This document shows, in pieces, positions 50,721 to 64,000 of a stretch of 64,000 bases of DNA; positions within the stretch are counted from its first letter, which is position 1; each line of letters starts with the position of its first letter. The notes beneath the pieces were generated by a model. The model was not told where the DNA came from. It ran no database searches and was given only the letters and a program-made list of their open reading frames with translations. The position numbers were made by a program, and so were the translations under genes. Source of the DNA: Mobula hypostoma (Eukaryota); the NCBI RefSeq assembly GCF_963921235.1, contig NC_086097.1:45076001-45140000 (forward strand), written 5' to 3'.

Positions 50721-51973
50721 ATCACTATTCACTGCTGTCCATTCAGAAGGTACAAAGACCAAACTATTTGATTAATTCTTGGCCTTGGGCACAAAAGAGC
50801 ATATGACCTGCTCCTTTACAACATCTCTCTTTAAATCAACAGTGCTCATTTCAAAACCACCTCCAATCCCTGTTTCAAAGTACTTTTGAAGCCATAGCTC
50901 TTCAGAAATAATGTAAAATGCACAAACATATATTGGAAAAGAACTGCCAACTTGGAAAAGCAGTAGACAAAGAAAGAAGTACAATGGAGAAGAGAATTAA
51001 AGTTTCACAGACTACAGAGTGGAACTGCCCCTAAATACTCACACTTCCAGCAAAGTACTCCAGAAAATTACAGTTTTGGCTGTGATGCATTTCCTGGAGC
51101 ACCTGGTTTATCTTTAAGAGGTAAACTGTCCCTGATTACCAAGAGCTATGAACTGGGGCAGGATCTCTCCACATCAGATGATCGGAGTCTCACCTGGGAC
51201 TCGGCACGTGGCTGAGTTACTGAAGGTGTGGTCAACTGCAGAGGAGTTGGTGACCCTTCTCACAAATGCTAGAACTACATACCCATCAGCTTAGTCAGCA
51301 GTGGAGAGGTGCCTGTACATGTATATTTGAGCTATATGTTCCATGCTGATGGGGTACCCTATAGAGGCCCCATGAACTCTGGCAGGGGTGGTCCTGTTTT
51401 AACAGACAGCACTGTAATTCATGTTTTGTAATCCTTATTCATTTTTAAAAAATACTGTGTATCTAATACAGTATGTTCCCTTTCGAAATCAATACAGCAC
51501 ACGTTAGAGGACGGTTCGACCTTGGGCACAATCTTACTGGTTTGGAGCAGCTAGACAACAGCAAAATATATGTCAAGCTGCTGCTTATTGATATAGCTTG
51601 GCACTCAGCACGTGGTTGGTCTTCAGGGCAAAGGGGAAGCAAAACTTCTCTGCTCAGAGGAGACTTGGAACTCTCCACTTCAAGGACTGGGATGCTCAAT
51701 CTGGGACTATATTTTTGGCTGAGACTGAAATAATTTAGAACTTGTTGGAAATCAGAGGGGAATTTAGGGATGAAGTCAGCAACTTGCCATGATCTTATTG
51801 GATGAAGTGGATTGGTGCAGTTATGCAACCTACTCTTCCTGCTTCTACTTCTTATGTGCATGAGCGTCATGGAATAAGACTCAAACAACAGTGGCAAAGT
51901 TTTATAGAGGACGGAGAAAGTCTTAAAGGACAGGTAAACATTAAAAAAGGACCATGAATAACTCAAGTCATAC

Positions 51974-52104
51974 CCTGGCCTGCGAACATGGACATGAAAA
52001 CAGATGTACTTTGCCAAAGTCATCGCCTGTAGATAGAAGTTTTTTATCATTGGATCTGCACACAGCATTGATGTCTGTTCCATCTGATCCCTCAGGCCAA
52101 ACTC
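51974..52104 (-). CDS. EML1: EML1-like, penultimate coding exon (131 bp)
   Basis: Acceptor TATTGCAG, (G)VWPEGSDGTDINAVCRSNDKKLLSTGDDFGKVHLFSCPCSQAR, donor GTATGA; phase 1 to 0. Confidence 0.95.
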
Positions 52105-52194
52105 CTGCAATACAAAAGGTACATATTATCTGCATTCAACTACAAGGAAATCATTGGCAGTTAGAATAGTGATGGGAAATTCAACTTCACATTT

Positions 52195-53590
52195 GGTAGC
52201 ATCTATAGAAATGAATAAACAGTTGATGATTTGGGCCAAGACCCTTCTTCAGGACTGGAAAGGAAGGGGGAAGACACCAGAATAAAAAGGTGGAGTGAGG
52301 GGAAGGAGGCTAGCTAGAAGGTGATGGTGAAGCCAGATGGGTGGGAACTGTAAAGGGCTGGGGAACAAGAAATCTGATAGGAGAGGAGAGTGGACCATGG
52401 GAGAAAGTGAAGGATAAGGGGTGCTGGGGGAGGTGGTAGGCGGGTGAGGAGAAGAGGTAAGAGGCTAGAGTGGGGGACAGAAGAAGGATGGGAGAGGAGG
52501 AAAAAGATTTCCCAGAAGGACAAATCAATGTTCATACCATCAGGTTGTAGGCTACCTATATGGAATGTGAAGTGTTGCTCCCCCACCCTGAGAATTGCCT
52601 CATCATGGCAAGAGGAGGCCATGGATCAACATGTTGGAATGGAAATGAGGATAGAGATTAAAATGGCTGGCCACAGAGAAACTCCGCTTTTTGTGGAAGC
52701 GCATGATGAAGTGATTGCCCTTTTTACACTGGGATGCACAAATGTAGAGGAGGTCACATCGGGAGCACCAGACACAATTGATAACCCCAACAGATTCACA
52801 TGTGAAGTGTTGCCTCATATAGAAAGACTGCCTGGGGCCTTGAATGGAGGTAAGGGAGGAGGTAAGTGGGCAGGTCGCTTGCAGGGAAACGTGCCAGGAG
52901 GGAGATTAGTGGGGAGAGACAAATGAACAAGGGAATCATGGAGAGTGAGATCCCTGCAAAAGCAGAGAGTGGGAGTAAGGGTGGATAAAGATGAGTTTGG
53001 TGGTAGGATCCTGTTGAAGATGGCAGAAATTACAGATCAATGATGTGTTGGATGTGGAGGCTCCTGGAGTGGTAGGCGAGGACAAGAGGAACTCTATCCC
53101 TGTTAAGGCAGTGGAAAGATTGAGTCGGTGCAGATGTCTGGGAAATGGAGACGTGGGTGAGGAAAACATCAATGATCGAGAAAGGGGAACCCTATTCTTT
53201 GAAGAAAGAGGACATCCCTGATGTCCTGAAAAGGGAAGATGCGGTGGAGATGAAGGAACTGAGAAAAGGGAATAGCAATTTTACAGGAGACAGGGTGGGA
53301 AGAAGTATAGTGAAGATAGTCATGGGAAACAGTAGGTTTATAAAAGATGTCAATAGATAGTTTGTCTCCAGAGATGGAGACAGAGAGATCAAGAAAGGGA
53401 AGAGGGGTGCCAGAAATGAACCAAGTGAATTTAAGGGCAAGGTGGAAGATGGAGGCAAAGTTGATGAAATTGAACAGTCAGCATGGGTGCATAAAGCAGC
53501 ACCAATGCAGCCATCGATGTAGCGCAGGGTGAGTTGTGGAGCATTACCAGGGAAGGCTGGGAACATGGACTGTTCTACATAGCCAGTGAA
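52195..53590 (-). mobile_element. Degenerate Penelope-like (Neptune-type) element in EML1 intron
   Basis: LRYIDGCIGAA, RQHFTCESVGVINCVWCSRC, GSLQPDGMNID; degenerate hammerhead at ~52221-52256. Confidence 0.88.
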
Positions 53591-54314
53591 AAGCTGTTTT
53601 CCAAAATGGAAATCAGGTGAAAGGCTATCATTTTCCAGAAATACAGAATCAAAGAGGTAAAGTGTTAAATAATAGAAGATTCCAAAGACAAAATACAGCT
53701 TAAAAACTCTGAATAATGTCAAGATTTTTATACTCTATTTGCTAAATAAAATAGATTCTACTTTTGAATTCCTCTTCAAACTTCATAGTTTTTATTCATA
53801 TACACCTGATGTTTGTGTTTCACTCCCCTGTCCCATGGGTTTTTGGATTTCTTCTTTGTGTTCTGGACTATATTTTGTAATTCAGTTTGTAGGCAAAGCT
53901 ATGGTCCCACACATTACATTAAAATAAGATGTACAGTAATTCTATTGGGAGTGCAGTACAAGAACCTTGTATTCTGCCTTACCCAACACTACTCAAACAA
54001 CGGTAAAGAAAAATAAAAGTAAAATTGAACAGAAGATTTTGTTAATTATTCAAAGGATCTGGGTATCAAAAGCAAGGCTAAAATTTATTGTCCATCCCCA
54101 AATGTCCCTGAGAAGGTGTTGCTGAGTCAGTTCCTTGAATACTCCAAACCTTCTAGCATTTTTTTCACATTTTCTCCTTTTAACACAGCATTGGTGATAC
54201 AACTGAGTGGCCTGCAGGTCATTTCAGAGGGTGCTTGGGAATCAATCATACAGGTAAAGTCACACATTGGACAGACCAAACAGGTCTCCCTGAAAGACAT
54301 TAGAGTACCTGATT

Positions 54315-54452
54315 ACAAACAAAAAAAAAATCTGCAGATGCTGAAAATTAAAGTAATACACACAAAATGCTGGAGGAACTCAGCAGGCCAGGCAGCATCT
54401 GTGGAAAAGGGTAAACAGTTGACATTTTGCACCGAGACCCTTCATCAGGACA
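54315..54452 (-). mobile_element. Short Penelope pLTR fragment with degenerate hammerhead
   Basis: ATCTGCAGATGCTG...CAGCAGGCCAGGCAGCATCT...GAGACCCTTCATCAGGA. Confidence 0.8.
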
Positions 54453-55094
54453 TCAGAGGGTTTTTACAACAATTAGGTAGCTTTCTTTTTGGACATTATT
54501 AGTAAAACTGGTTGATATTTTTCCCAAATTCTAGATATTAATCTGAATTTAAATTCCATAGCAGCCACAATGAGTTTCGAATCTGAACTCATGGGATTAT
54601 TAGCCCTGTCCCCTGGTTTACCAATCTGATAATTTAACACCTGCAGCATCACCATGCTCCATCTCACTTTTGAATGGTGGTTACAATATCTTTGTAGAGA
54701 TTAAGGAGCTATTATTGGTCCAATCTTGTCAATGGCAAAGCCAATGTTTAATGTTCTTTGAACTGTTCTTTGATTTGCTTGGCCATTTCTGAGAATAGCC
54801 AACCACATTGGTAGGTCTGGAATAAGTTATAGGCCAGACCAGCTTTTTACCCCAAGTATATTTAAATATTTGAATTTGATCCTTCATCTGTCTTTGTTTG
54901 TTCAAATTCTGCGTCTGGATCTAGTTCTAATCCAGCGATTTAACATCTATTAGTTACTTAGTGCTAGTTTTGTTGTCATGGGTGAGGACAATGAGATTGC
55001 AGTGCTGCTTCATTCAGTGCAAAGCAGCAAATTGGCAATTCAATTACTAAAAAGACAATGATGAGATTTTCAATAATGTCTGAGTTATTTAAAT

Positions 55095-57990
55095 TAAAAA
55101 ACAAACAAACAAAACAGGGCATTGTTCAGATGCACAACAGCCCTGGCAAAAAACTGCTTTTCAGTCTGAATGTCCATGCAGAGATGTTTCTGTGTCTCCT
55201 GCTGGATGGTGAGAGATTGACCAGGTGATTGCTGCAGTGGGATGAGTCCATCACGATGTTGTGACCCCACCATAGACACTGTGAGTTGTAGGTGGTCTCT
55301 ATATCTGGTTGTTGTGTCCCAATGATATTCTGTGGAGTGCTGAGCTTTTTGGTCGATCTTGTTGCAGCTGGTGTACTATACTGTCATACAGTAGGTCAGT
55401 ATGCTCTCAGTTATACAACAACAAAGGTTACCAGCAACTTTTGGGGCAGATTTGCTCTCTGTAAATTCCTGAGATAGTACAGGTGCTGTTGAGCTTTCTC
55501 TATTATAAACAAAGTTTTGGTGGTCCAAGAGAGTTCTTCTGTGATGTGCACTCCCAAGAACTTCATGCTGGAGACCATCTCCACCGCTTCACCATTTATG
55601 ACCAGTGGAGTTTGTTCATACCTTCTGATTTACTGAAAACGATAGTTGTTTTGTTTGATGTTGAGTGAAATGTTATGGTTATTGCACCATTCAGACAGTT
55701 TCTGCAGCTCTTCTCTGTATGCTGTTTTGTTATTTGTAATTAATCCATTTACTGTGGCGTTGTCTGCAAATTTGATGATGGAGTTGGTGATGTAGCAGGG
55801 GCACGGTCATGGGTGAAAAGAATGTAAAGGACTGGGCTCCGTACACATCCCTGCAGTGCACTGGTGTTCAGGGTCAGGGAGGTTGATGTGTACTTACCCA
55901 GTCTGACTATATGGGTGCAATTGTGAAGGAAGTCCAGAATCCAGTTGCAAATTGATGTATTGAGTGCCAGACTGTGTAGTTTAATGGTTAACTTGTTGGG
56001 GAGTATGGTGTTGAAGGCAGAACTTAGTAGATTAGGCATAGGTGTCATTATGTTGCAGGTGTTCCGGTACGATTTGGAGACGATGGAGGTGGCATCCTCG
56101 GTTGATGGGCAAAGTGGTGCTGGTCCCGAGTAGCAGTGATGGCACTCTATGTGGGACATAACTAGCCTCTCCAGGCATTTGGCAGCTATGGGGGTGAGCG
56201 CAACTGGTCTGTTGTTGCTGGGGCTTTCTACCACCACCGACTGGGTTTGGGAATGGTGTGATGGTTGATGTTTTGAGGCATGCAGGGACCACAGCAAAGG
56301 ACAGAGAGAAGTTATAGATTTCAGTAGAATCCTCTGCCAGCTGACCAGTGCAGTCTCTGAGAACCCGCCTGGGTACGCCGTCTGGTCCTGCTGTTCATCA
56401 TGTGTTGATACAGTGGAGAGTATGTCTCACCTCATGCTCAATCTCAGCACCACATCCTCCTCAGGTGTCAAGGCCTTCACCACTGTTCACTGTTGTCCCT
56501 CTCATTCCGAGGGAAGAAGTTATTTAGCTTGTCAGTTAGTGTGGTGTCACTGTTTGCAGGGCAGGAGATTTTTCCTTTATAGTCAGTGATAGACCTAATT
56601 CCTTCCCACATGCGTCAAGTGGTGGTGGCGTTACTGAAGTGGGTCTCTGTTGTTTGCATCTGTACTTGGCAGTTTTAATGCCTCTTTTAAGGTCTGGCCT
56701 GGCTTCGCTGTATGCTTCAGCGTCACTGGATCTGTAAGCAGCACCCCGAGCCCTGGGCAGATCCGGGTTTCGCTGTTCATCCGTGTCTTCTGATTCGGGA
56801 ATACGCGGATGTTTTTATTGCTGGTGACATTGTCTACACAGTACTTGACATAGTGCATGACCATGATGGTGTATTCCTCTAAGTCAGTTCCAGGTTCCAG
56901 TCTGCGCACTCAAAGCAGTCCTGAAGCTATGAGACAGCTCCTCAGACCATGCTGTCACTGACTTAGTAATTGGTTTTGCCTTCCTTATCTCTGGTCTGTA
57001 GGCTGGAATTAGAAATAGAGACAGGTGATCAGACAGTCCCATGTGAGGGCATAGATGAGCCCTGCATGTGTCCACAATATTGGTGTTAACCTGGTCCAGT
57101 GTGTTTTTGCCCCTTGTGAGGCATTCCACATTCCAGTAAAATTTAGGGAATACTGTCTTACGGTTGGTTTGGTTGAACTCACTGACTACAATGAAGGTGT
57201 CGTCAGGGTAGGCAGACAGTTGCTTATTAATAATATCATGCATTTGGGCAAATGCTAACTTAGTGTTGGCTTGTGGTGGAATGTAGATTGCTACGATGTT
57301 AACAACTGTGAGTTCTCTCAGCAGGTAGAGAGGCCTGCACTTTAGCATGAGATATTCCAGGTTGGGACAGCAGTGACTATCAATGATGACAGAGGTCGTA
57401 CGCCAGCCATTGTTAACATGATTGCATAAGCCACTGCCTAATTTCTCATTGAAACCTTGGTTGTCAGCCTGGCAGGCTGTGTGGCTCGCAAACTCAGTAG
57501 CTGCATCGGGTATGTTGTGATCCGGCCAGGTTTCAGTGAAGATCCTTACGTAGCAGTCGAGTAAATTCCTTTGTGTGCTAAGTCACAGTCTGATCTCATC
57601 CAATTTATTAGCGATTGATCAGCTGTTTGCAAGGAAGACTCTCAGAAGTGGGGGCTTGATCAGTGTAGCTTTTAGACTAGCATGAATCCTGGCTCGCTTA
57701 CCAGACTTCTGCGTCCTCTTGTTGTGCTGTCTACAGCAGCTCCCTGTTGGGGTAGTGTCCAGGCTCGCCCCGGTGTTATGGTGATCTCTGACGGTATGTG
57801 TTCTGTGAGAGTGAGCTGAGAGCCCTTAGTACACTTGGTATTGATATTCAGAAGTTCTTGTTGGCTATATTGTAGATTGGGTGTTTGTAAGGAAGGCGCT
57901 CGGAAGTGGGGCTTCAAAGGTGTAGCTTTTATCCTAGCGTGGATCCCAGTTCTCTTACTACGTTCGTGCTTTCTCTCGTTGCGCCCTGGT
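55095..57990 (-). mobile_element. Near full-length decayed Rex1/Babar LINE (APE + RT) in EML1 intron
   Basis: APE ORF 56884-57348 (KCRPLYLLRE..AIYIPPQ..TRGKNTLD..SDH) and RT ORF 55749-56297 ([34 protein letters not shown]). Confidence 0.9.
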
Positions 57991-58149
57991 ACCCCGAATA
58001 TGTACCTCAAGTAACTGTGATTTTTGACATTCAGTTATGCATGTCTTTTTCTTGAATATTAAAACAAGTCACAATCTGCCTTGTTATATCCTTACATCTT
58101 ATTGTCTGCCTGCACTACACTTTCTCTGCAACATTTTCATTCTTCACAC

Positions 58150-58920
58150 TCTTCCCGTGAGATGGCAGTGCACCCGAATGCAGCTGCTTCTAGGGGGTCA
58201 ACCAAAGGTGCTATTGTCTTTTTTTAAAACGTATTTTAAACAATTGTAAGACCTTGCTGGACATTAAGAACCTAAGGTACTGCAGATCTACCCCATCAGC
58301 AAGTTGTTCATTGGCGGAGAAACTGAAGCAGGTCGACTTGGTGCGGACTGTGGCAGAGAGGCGACAGTACGTGGAAGTGTGCAGTTTAACAGCAAGTGAT
58401 CATCTTAGTTGCTTTTCTTGTGATCACAAGATCTTGTTAGACATTGGTGGTGAGGAATGCAGCAAGTCCAATTCATTGATTTATTGCTGAACAGCGTGGG
58501 CAGATGACGGGGAAGCTTCATGGCCTTGGTTGTGGCAAGGACTAGGCCTCAAACCATGGTGTCGCCTATCTGCAGCCGCCCATAGTGAGGCATAGGAGTT
58601 GGGCAGTCCACTGGAGTGCCAGGGGTAGAGTGGTGCAGTGCCTATGCTGAGGTCAGTGCTGCCCCCCAGTGTTCACTGGGCAGAAGACAAACTGTATTGT
58701 GTTTGACTGCAGACGACTGCAACGTTCATGGACTCAGGGATTTGGACTAGATATTTGATGTGTGACTGTATTTTACTGCTGACTTATATGTGCCTGGAAG
58801 CAATATGCCTTGTGCTCTGTATGACTGTTGGTACCATGGCCCCAGAGAAACGCTGTTTCATTTGGCCATATTCATAGTATTCATTATGGTTGAATGACAA
58901 TTAACCTTGAACTTGTACTA
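58150..58920 (+). repeat. Unclassified non-coding retroposon-like repeat, homologous to 43070-43570
   Basis: Starts GAGATGGCAGTGCAC and ends GAATGACAATTAACCTTGAACTTG; shares internal blocks with the 43 kb copy. Confidence 0.7.
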
Positions 58921-59446
58921 CCTCAATGCACTGATGCAATGAAATGATCTGCATGAATGTCATGCAAAAACAAAGTTTCTCAATGTACCTCAGTACATGT
59001 AACAATAATAAAGCAATTTACCAACTGCTTCACTGTTCCATGGGAATTTGGTAACAAAAGAAACCCAAAGTGAGTGCAACTTTGGAACTTATAGTGCAGC
59101 AGTACGTGATGGCTCTCTCCTTCCTTAGAGAGACATGATCTATCAGTTCATGGCCTTCCGAATCATCAGATAGACTACAAATCTATCATCCCTCAAATGG
59201 AATGAGTCTAAACATTTTCAAGACGGTATCATAACTCAGAATATCAACTTGGGAATACAAACTGATATTAAGAGCTTATAAGATTCCCAATCATAACAAC
59301 GCTGAACTCCCAGAGTCTCAGTGATCCTGCACTTCCAGAGCACCACCTTGCATTGTAAATATCTACAAAGAAAGGACTATTCCATTCAATAATACAGGTC
59401 ATTAAAATTCAAAGTTCTCACATAAAATGGTAGGAACGATGCTTAC

Positions 59447-59542
59447 CAAATACATGAAATCCTAATGTGCAGGTGTATGTGGCCCATTCAATGTCCCTGA
59501 CGTTTTCAACACTCACCACTTGCTTGCAGGCTGAAGGCATCC
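59447..59542 (-). CDS. EML1: EML1-like, third-last coding exon (96 bp)
   Basis: Acceptor CTCTTCGTCATCAG, (W)MPSACKQVVSVENVRDIEWATYTCTLGFHVF(G), donor GTAAGC; phase 1 to 1. Closest to EML1 among the paralogues as I recall them. Confidence 0.95.
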
Positions 59543-60647
59543 CTGATGACGAAGAGCAGAGGATTTGCCACAATGGAATGAGAATTGAAGTGAATTTTAT
59601 CATTTACCATCTACGCCACAGACTTCATGCATTCACTTTGAGCCAAGAAATTACAAGATCAAGATGCTGGCCATGCTTACAGGTCGGGCATCACAATTGG
59701 TTGGTATCCTTTGTTTTACAAAATACCTTTTAAACAAATAATTCTATTGGAAAATGCCATCCAGGATCAGAACCCTACAAAAATCCAGCAGGTTTAGTAA
59801 ATGATAATATTGATAAATGATGAGCACTATTTCTTTAACACCGATCTCAAAACCCTGGCTAATATATTCTGAAAATTTTCTATGCTACATGTTCAATAGA
59901 AAATATTATATGAATGCTTTGGAAAATCACATATTTTCCAGAGGTTTGCTTAACCATGACATTTTCTTTAGATACCATTAGATGTTCTAATTAAACTTCC
60001 CACTTTATTTTGTAGCTTTACTGCAGTTGCATATAATCTTTGAGTTGAGTGAAGAAACTTAGTTACATCTTATTGGTAACACTATCTGTTGTGTAAGGAG
60101 CTACCTTTTTGTGGTATCAAAGGATTTTTGTACATTCAATAACTTATTAATATGCATTTGTGGACTCTAATAATAAAGAAGGATTTGTATAAAGTTTAGA
60201 GCATATGTCACAATGAATTTGTCTTGGGAATTCTCTGTGAGGAAACGGAGCAAGTCCACCTGCTTATCTCTCAAAGGGTAACTACCCACTCTAAACCTGC
60301 TGTTCCTTTCAATGATAACAAGCAGTTTCACACTTCTCATGGTTTGGGATTCTGAATTACGATATAATTGTGGTACAACTGCCCATCATTTTATCAAAGG
60401 CACTTTGGAAAAGGTATTAAAGGTTAAGTTTTCAAACAACACCTTTATCCAAAAAATGTATCAATACTGTAAGACCTTTCAACAGCACCCCATTGTGGGA
60501 GCAGTAACATTCAATCTAATCAGTGGTTGGAGCATTTATTGGGTGCTCAAAGTTATATGGCATCTCGTCTTCCCTTAAATCCCAAACATGTGACAAAGGG
60601 GGAATTCTGAATGTTAGTTTTATACTTATTGAAAAGTGAAAGAACAA

Positions 60648-62005
60648 CTATAAGATATAGGAGCATCGAGTCTGCTTCGCCATTCAATCATGGGCTGATC
60701 CAATTCTTCAAGTCATCCCCACTCCCCTGCCTTCTCCCCATACCCTTTGATCCTGGCTAATCAAGAACATATCTTTCTCCGCCTTAAATACACCCAATGA
60801 CTTGGCCCTCCACAGCTGCTCATGGTAATAAATTCCACAGAATTACCACCCTCTGACTAAAGTAATTACTCCGCATCTCAGTTCTAAAAAGATGTGATGT
60901 CCTTCAATCCTGAAGTTGTGCCCTCTTGTCCTAGAACCCTCTACCATGGGAAATAACTTTACCATATCTAATCTGTTCAGGCCTTTTAACATTTGGAGTG
61001 TTTCTATGAGATCCCCCCTTATTCTCCTGAACTCTAGGGAATACAGCCCAAGAGCTGCCAGATGCTCCTCATATGGTAACCCTTTCATTCCTGGAATTAT
61101 TCTCGTGAGTCTCCTCTGAACCCTCTCCGATGTTAGTATATCCTTTCTAAAATAAGCAGCCCAAAACTGCACACAATACTCCAAGTGTGGTCTCACGACT
61201 GCCTTATAGAGCCTCAACATCACATCTCTGCTCTTATATTCTATACCTCTGGAAATGAATGCCAACATTTCATTCACCTTCTGCACCACCGAATCGATGT
61301 GGAGATTAACCTTTAGGGTATCGTGCACAAGGACTCCCAAGTCTCTTTGCATCTCTGCACTTTGAATTCTCTCTCCACCTAAATAATAGTCTGCCTGTTT
61401 ATTCCTTCCACCAAAGTGCATGACCATACACTTTCCAACATTGTATTTCATTTGCCACTTCTTTGCTCATTCCCTTAAACTATCTAAGTCTCTCTGCAGG
61501 CTCTCTGTTTCCTCAACACCACCCCTTCCTCCACTTATCTTTGTATCATTGGCAAACTTAGCCACAAATCCGAGATCACAAATCGTAAAAATCAGAGATC
61601 CCAACACCGACCCCTGTGGAACTCCAATGGTAACTAGCAGCCAGCCAGAATAGGATCCCTTTAATCCCACTCTCTGTTTTCTGCCAATCAGTCAATGCTC
61701 CACTCATGCTAGTAACTTCCCTGTGATTCCATGGGATCTTATCTTGCTAAGCAGCCTCATGTGCGGCACCTTGTCAAAGGCCTTTTGAAAATCTAAGTAC
61801 ACCATGTCTACTGCATCTCCTTTGTCTACCCTGCTTGTAATTTCCTCAAAAAATTGCAGTAGGTTTGTCAGGCAGGATTTTCCTTTCAGGAAACCATGCT
61901 GGCTTTGGCCTATCTTGTCATGTGTCTCCAGGTATTCTGTAATCTCATTCCTAACAATTGATTCCAACAACTTCCCAACCACTGATGTCAGGCTAACAGG
62001 TCTAG
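60648..62005 (-). mobile_element. CR1-like LINE RT/3' fragment, same subfamily as 20880-22650
   Basis: ORFs 61704-61982, 61467-61670 and 60843-61451; long near-identical stretches shared with the 21-22 kb copy. Confidence 0.95.
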
Positions 62006-62634
62006 AGTTTGAGATGAATTCTTTTCAGGCTAAGATGAGTTCATTAACCAGGAAATTATTTAGGCACAGTGACGTTGGCTTGGGTACTACACAGTCAAGT
62101 GATGGATAGATCCTGGAGACTGGTGACAAGTAGTCCTAATCATTCTGCAGAGTAATTATTTCCTACCATTAACTCGTCACTCATGGATGACTGTCACCTC
62201 TGCTATATTAGACTTTTAGATTGAAGAAACATGCAAATGAGTTTCACTATTAAATTTGTAGTGATCCCCTGCTCACTCTGACATGTAAAAATTAAATCAT
62301 TTGTTCTTGCAAGTCTACTTCCAGTCAAATTCTACCTTGATATTATGGGAAATTTTAAGAATTAACATTGGTACTGCTTCAGCATCTATCATTTAGTTTC
62401 ATTGTATTGCTTATCCTTGAAAGAAATCTAAAAGCATTAGCCTGATGATATGAGGTCAGGAGAGACAGAAGCATACGATAGGCAGCCCATGTAACCACAG
62501 GCATGTCTTTAACTATTTATAAAAGCTAATTACCAATGCTGGACATGAACATCCGTAAAGACACTGATCTTGTCATCAAAGAAATCCTCTCATGGAAATA
62601 TCACATGAATATTATTATTATTCAAATATAGGCA

Positions 62635-62856
62635 CTTCTGGCCTTTGAGCCATGCTGCTCAGAAAGCCCTTGATTTAATGGGACAATATATAATGACCAA
62701 TTAACTTCCCAACCAGTCCCTCCTTGGATTGTGGGAGGAAACCAACATGGTCACAGGGAGAACGTACAAACTCCTTACAAGCAATGATGGGAATTGAACC
62801 CGGGTCCCATGTACGGTAAAGCATTGTGCTAACCACTACTCTATCCGTGCCACCCC
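62635..62856 (-). mobile_element. tRNA-derived SINE fragment
   Basis: CACAGGGAGAACGTACAAACTCCTTACA, GGGAATTGAACCCGGG and GCTAACCACTAC are reverse complements of the core, B-box and A-box. Confidence 0.8.
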
Positions 62857-64000
62857 AATATGTGACAGAAATTATTAATTAAGAGTCTAACAGACCATTC
62901 AACAACAAAATATTTGTATCGTAACTTTAATATATTCAAACATTGAAAGTTGTTTGAAAGGAGTGTTATCAAACAAAATCTGGGTTACATAAAGAGATGT
63001 ATCTGGTAGGTTTAAAGGGATAGAGAATGAGAGGTAGACATACAGAGACTTAGAGAAAGGATTGCAGGGCTCAAGGCTCAAGTGGTTTAAAGCATCAGTG
63101 GTGGCACAACACAACATAATGCTGCCCTTGCAAAGGGCAAGACAATCAAAGTTTACAATGATAGAGAGGATTTGCAGTGAGGATCAGAATTTCAAAATTG
63201 GACAGGGAGTCAATACACATTATTTATTTTGAAAGACACAAATCGTTCTTTGAAACAAATTGCAAATCAAACTAACGTTTATTTAGAATCTAACAAATGT
63301 AATACTTACAGTATAGGATCTCATAATCACCAGAATTAGAGATTAAATACTGAGAATCAGTCGACCAGTCAAGGTGTGTGATAAAACTGGAGTGACCCTA
63401 GGAGAGGGAAGAAATATCTATCTGGATTACATAGTGAAATAGTTATGGTTATACGTAACTGTCCTTTTGGAGCTGTTTCTGAAAATTGTATGCAAAGGAA
63501 AGTTACACACTGATCTAAAAACATTGTTGCATCTGGTTTTCAGATGAAAAGTTCAGGTCGGTCATCAATGCCCTTTCCTCTTTATTCACCGAATTAATTG
63601 GGCTGCTGAGAAATTTAGTCTAATTTTAACTTATAGCCGCTGCCTGTTAGTTTCTGATATTTGATAACACTTTATAACCAAGGCTAATTCAGCATCATTC
63701 TACTTATACCACTTTCATAGTTAAAAAGCCCAAAAGGTCAGCAAGGATAAATAAGCGTTAAACCTAATTTAGAATTAAATTCAACTTACTGAGCATTTAC
63801 CAACTCGACTGTATTTTCTGCCATTTTCACTCAGTGTGTAGATGTAGATATAATTATCATGCGAGCCAATAGCTAAAAAATTTCCTTCTAAAAACAAAAC
63901 AAATCACAAGGTAAAATAAGTTACTGAATTTAATTGAAGTCAACCATGATTATTAAAAATATAACATTCTTCTCAAAATACACAAATAAATTATCATGCT

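Noticed and set aside
51463..52110. 215-aa minus-strand ORF
   Set aside because: It overlaps the real EML1 exon in a different frame and runs into the intron; no recognisable protein.

Overview
Eukaryotic, AT-rich, repeat-dense vertebrate DNA. The repeat set (CR1-like LINEs, Penelope-like elements, Rex1/Babar, RTE, tRNA-SINEs) suggests a cartilaginous fish (inference). The only host gene I can support is the 3' end of an EML1-like gene on the minus strand: three coding exons at 59447-59542, 51974-52104 and 49063-49188, with GT-AG sites and compatible phases. The rest is mostly decayed, often nested, mobile elements. The most notable are: (1) a ~4.9 kb endogenous-retrovirus-like element with an LTR, a tRNA-Leu PBS, a two-knuckle gag, retroviral tether+RNase H and integrase, whose RT core is deleted; (2) Penelope-like elements carrying minimal hammerhead ribozymes, one with an intact core; (3) a HERO-like RLE LINE hosting four insertions, three of them with clear TSDs; (4) a miniature Tf1/sushi-like LTR element with a possible self-priming signature; (5) two TSD-flanked RTE-related non-coding elements, one with a possible HDV-like fold. 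I found no system I can show to be new from sequence alone. Family calls come from motif recognition, not database searches, and most repeat boundaries are approximate.
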